A stretch of 63,833 nt of DNA, filler included, from Octopus bimaculoides (lineage: Eukaryota): NCBI RefSeq assembly GCF_001194135.2. It is 4 parts of 4 records of this genome, joined end to end, with 100 filler letters (N's around TTAATTAATTAA, not from the genome) between each part and the next. Parts side by side here need not be neighbours in the genome. Positions count along the whole stretch, not along the records: positions 56,158 to 63,833 come from NC_068981.1; 3 more parts are not named here. One strand, written 5' to 3'. The notes beneath the pieces are model-generated. The model saw only the letters and a list, made by a program, of their open reading frames with translations, was not told where the DNA came from and made no database searches. A program made the translations under genes and the position numbers. Numbering within the stretch: the stretch's first letter is position 1; each line of letters begins with the position of its first letter. Shown here in pieces: positions 61,496 through 63,833 of this stretch.

Positions 61496-61658
61496 CATGC
61501 CCGGTAAGCTCACCATTATCCATTCTTTATTGTTTCGATGAAATACTATGGATATATTCTTTCCGTAAATTATCCTGGCGGTGAATTTTCTATGCGGTTA
61601 ATTGATGGCAGTGAACATTCCCTACGGTCAATTGATGGCGGTGAACTTACTGGTAATC
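61496..61658. mobile_element. Degenerate MITE with subterminal GGCGGTGAA repeats
   Basis: Imperfect TIRs (14/19) and an imperfect 9-bp flanking repeat GTCTTTTCC / GTCTTTCTT. Confidence 0.45.
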
Positions 61659-63797
61659 GTCTTTCTTATTTGTGTCTATATTTCTATCTACTGACTATGA
61701 CTTTGCTGCACAGGGTTGATGGACCCCAACTAAAGGTTATACTTTCATGTTATGTTGGCAGGAACATTCTTTCAGAAGCACGCAGGAGATTCCCAAATGA
61801 TCTGAAATGGTCATCAGATGTTGCGCCTCCCTCTAATTTTTGGACCAACCCTTAAAACATTATTTCAGATATTTGTCTCGCGTGTAGGTTTCTAGTGTCA
61901 TTTCGCAGAAGTCTGTACATGCATTAATTACTTCCATAGCCTTGTAACCTCCAGCTTCCAAGTCGTGGGGTTAAAAAGTACATATTTCTTTCATTGCACA
62001 TTTCAAAGAAATGAAAACAATACTTCAAACATACAGATAATTCACGTGCTTATGTAAATATCGTAGAATGAGTACTGACTACTGATTTCATTTCATTTTT
62101 TTAAACATGTGTACTTCGAATTAAGAAATAAAATGATAATAATTTCAGTCATTTACGTTTTCTGTTAAGGCATGTTAATATTTTCCAACATATAGATTTC
62201 TTCCAGAGGCAGGTTATTTTGCATACACAGAAATGTTTTTTGCTTGTTCGTTATATTCCAATTATTTTTTATTTAATCGATCTTAGCTCAATAGAGTAGA
62301 ACAATCGGATCAAAAGAAACTACAATATCAATGGATATCGTGCTTTCAACATAGTTTAACCTAGTGTAAATAGTTATTTAGGCACGGGATAATATCGTAA
62401 AAGTCGCAATAAAATCAGCAGACGTCCTCAAATCTTTTGCGAAAGGTGTATTCAATTCAGATAGAATTCTCTACACCGCTAATGTGTATTTCAACCTTGA
62501 TACACAGTATGCAGAATGATCTCGAAAGTCTCATAACAATGTAGAATCTAGTTAAAATTTGCATAGTAATTTCTTCGAAATTCTACAGTCTCGGTTATTT
62601 ATTCACACAATAATATCCTGTCCACAAATGTAATATTAATGTATAATGACGTCAGGAGGGCATGGTATTTCGGTAGTAGTATAAGTCAGTTAAATTAAGA
62701 AAGCATTTGACATATATTTTCATCCGCAACAGAAATCAGCTCCCATGAGATTCTAATTGCATTTTAATACAAGCGGTCCAATATGTACATTTCTGCGAGT
62801 AACATCTAATACTAATGAAAGTGTCCTTACCGAATAGCTCAGGCTACTAGAAATAGAATGATAGAACAAAACTGTAATAGTAATTAATGTAATACTCAGC
62901 GAAACACTGAAACGAAATTTGGGACTAAAATCGGCATGAAAGACAAAAACAGTGGCAGGGAAAATGAAATATATAAAGAGGTAAACAGTGATGCATTAAC
63001 TATTCCACACGTATATATGTACACGTCTATGCCTATGTCTTTTCAGATAGTACGATTTTTCATTTTGACCCGAGCAAACATATTCATGCTTACGTAAATT
63101 AAAATATACATACGTATACATACGTACGAAAATACGCACATCTATTGTGTGAGTGTGTGTGTATGAGTGTCTGTGTGTGTTTACATAAACTGAAATTCTT
63201 ATGTATGTATGAAGGTATGATTCAATGTATATATGTATATCGCTATTTATATGTCTATTTATCTATCATCTATCTGTTTATATATGTGTGTGTGTTTGTT
63301 TGTGTGTGTGTATTTATATGTGAAGACAGATAGATAGATGCATAGATAAATAAATACATATATATATATATATGGGTTGCTCCATACATAAATATATATA
63401 TATGCATATATACATATGTATATATAAAATACAAGGACACGCAGGCACACACACGCAGAAACACACACGCACACATATACGTACACGCATATGTTCTTTC
63501 CACAAGAAACTTCCAGTTTGATGACTAGCTGTCATTAAAATTGTCTAATGACGGACACAAAACGGGCTTTAAATCAAAGTATTGCGGCATCCTTTAATGT
63601 TCAACGTTATTGTTATGTAATAATTACACAAGAAAACAAGAATTACTATAGACAAATATTAATTCCAAGTCATTCGATTGATCGTTACTGTATAATGTCG
63701 GGTAATTATGTTTTATACATACGAACATGTATAAGCACACACACTCGGAAACTCACACTCGCACACACACACGGAAACTCACACTCGCACACACACA

Positions 63798-63833
<36 letters not shown>

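Noticed and set aside
674-63535. Most ORFs in the supplied track (poly-S/L, H/T, C/V, Y/I, N, X-rich)
   Set aside because: They are translations of microsatellites, low-complexity tracts or N gaps, with no recognisable domains.

Overview
Eukaryotic, repeat-saturated, apparently non-coding DNA. The SINE families, RTE LINE family and microsatellite load look like an octopus (coleoid cephalopod) genome; this is inferred from repeat content, not database-checked. I found no host protein-coding exon, rRNA, true tRNA or CRISPR array. Almost all ORF-track entries are translations of microsatellites or N-gaps. The real coding remnants are all dead transposons: about 9 fragments of one RTE-clade LINE family (all in 2-24 kb), a CR1-like LINE, a Penelope-like element, an R4/Dong-like element, two mariner families and a DD37D (maT) transposon. 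There are also several MITEs and more than 20 tRNA-derived SINE copies. About 18 N-gaps are present. Three of them are artificial 44N-TTAATTAATTAA-44N joins, so the window is four stitched pieces. The most interesting signals are: (1) a variable-copy tandem array of about 66-nt hairpin + H-type pseudoknot modules in the RTE 3' UTR, which superficially mimics a CRISPR array; (2) a C4HC3 PHD-type finger inside the RTE reverse transcriptase; (3) a 144-bp MITE with perfect 50-bp TIRs enclosing TTAGGG repeats. Coordinates were counted by eye; boundaries of degenerate elements are approximate.
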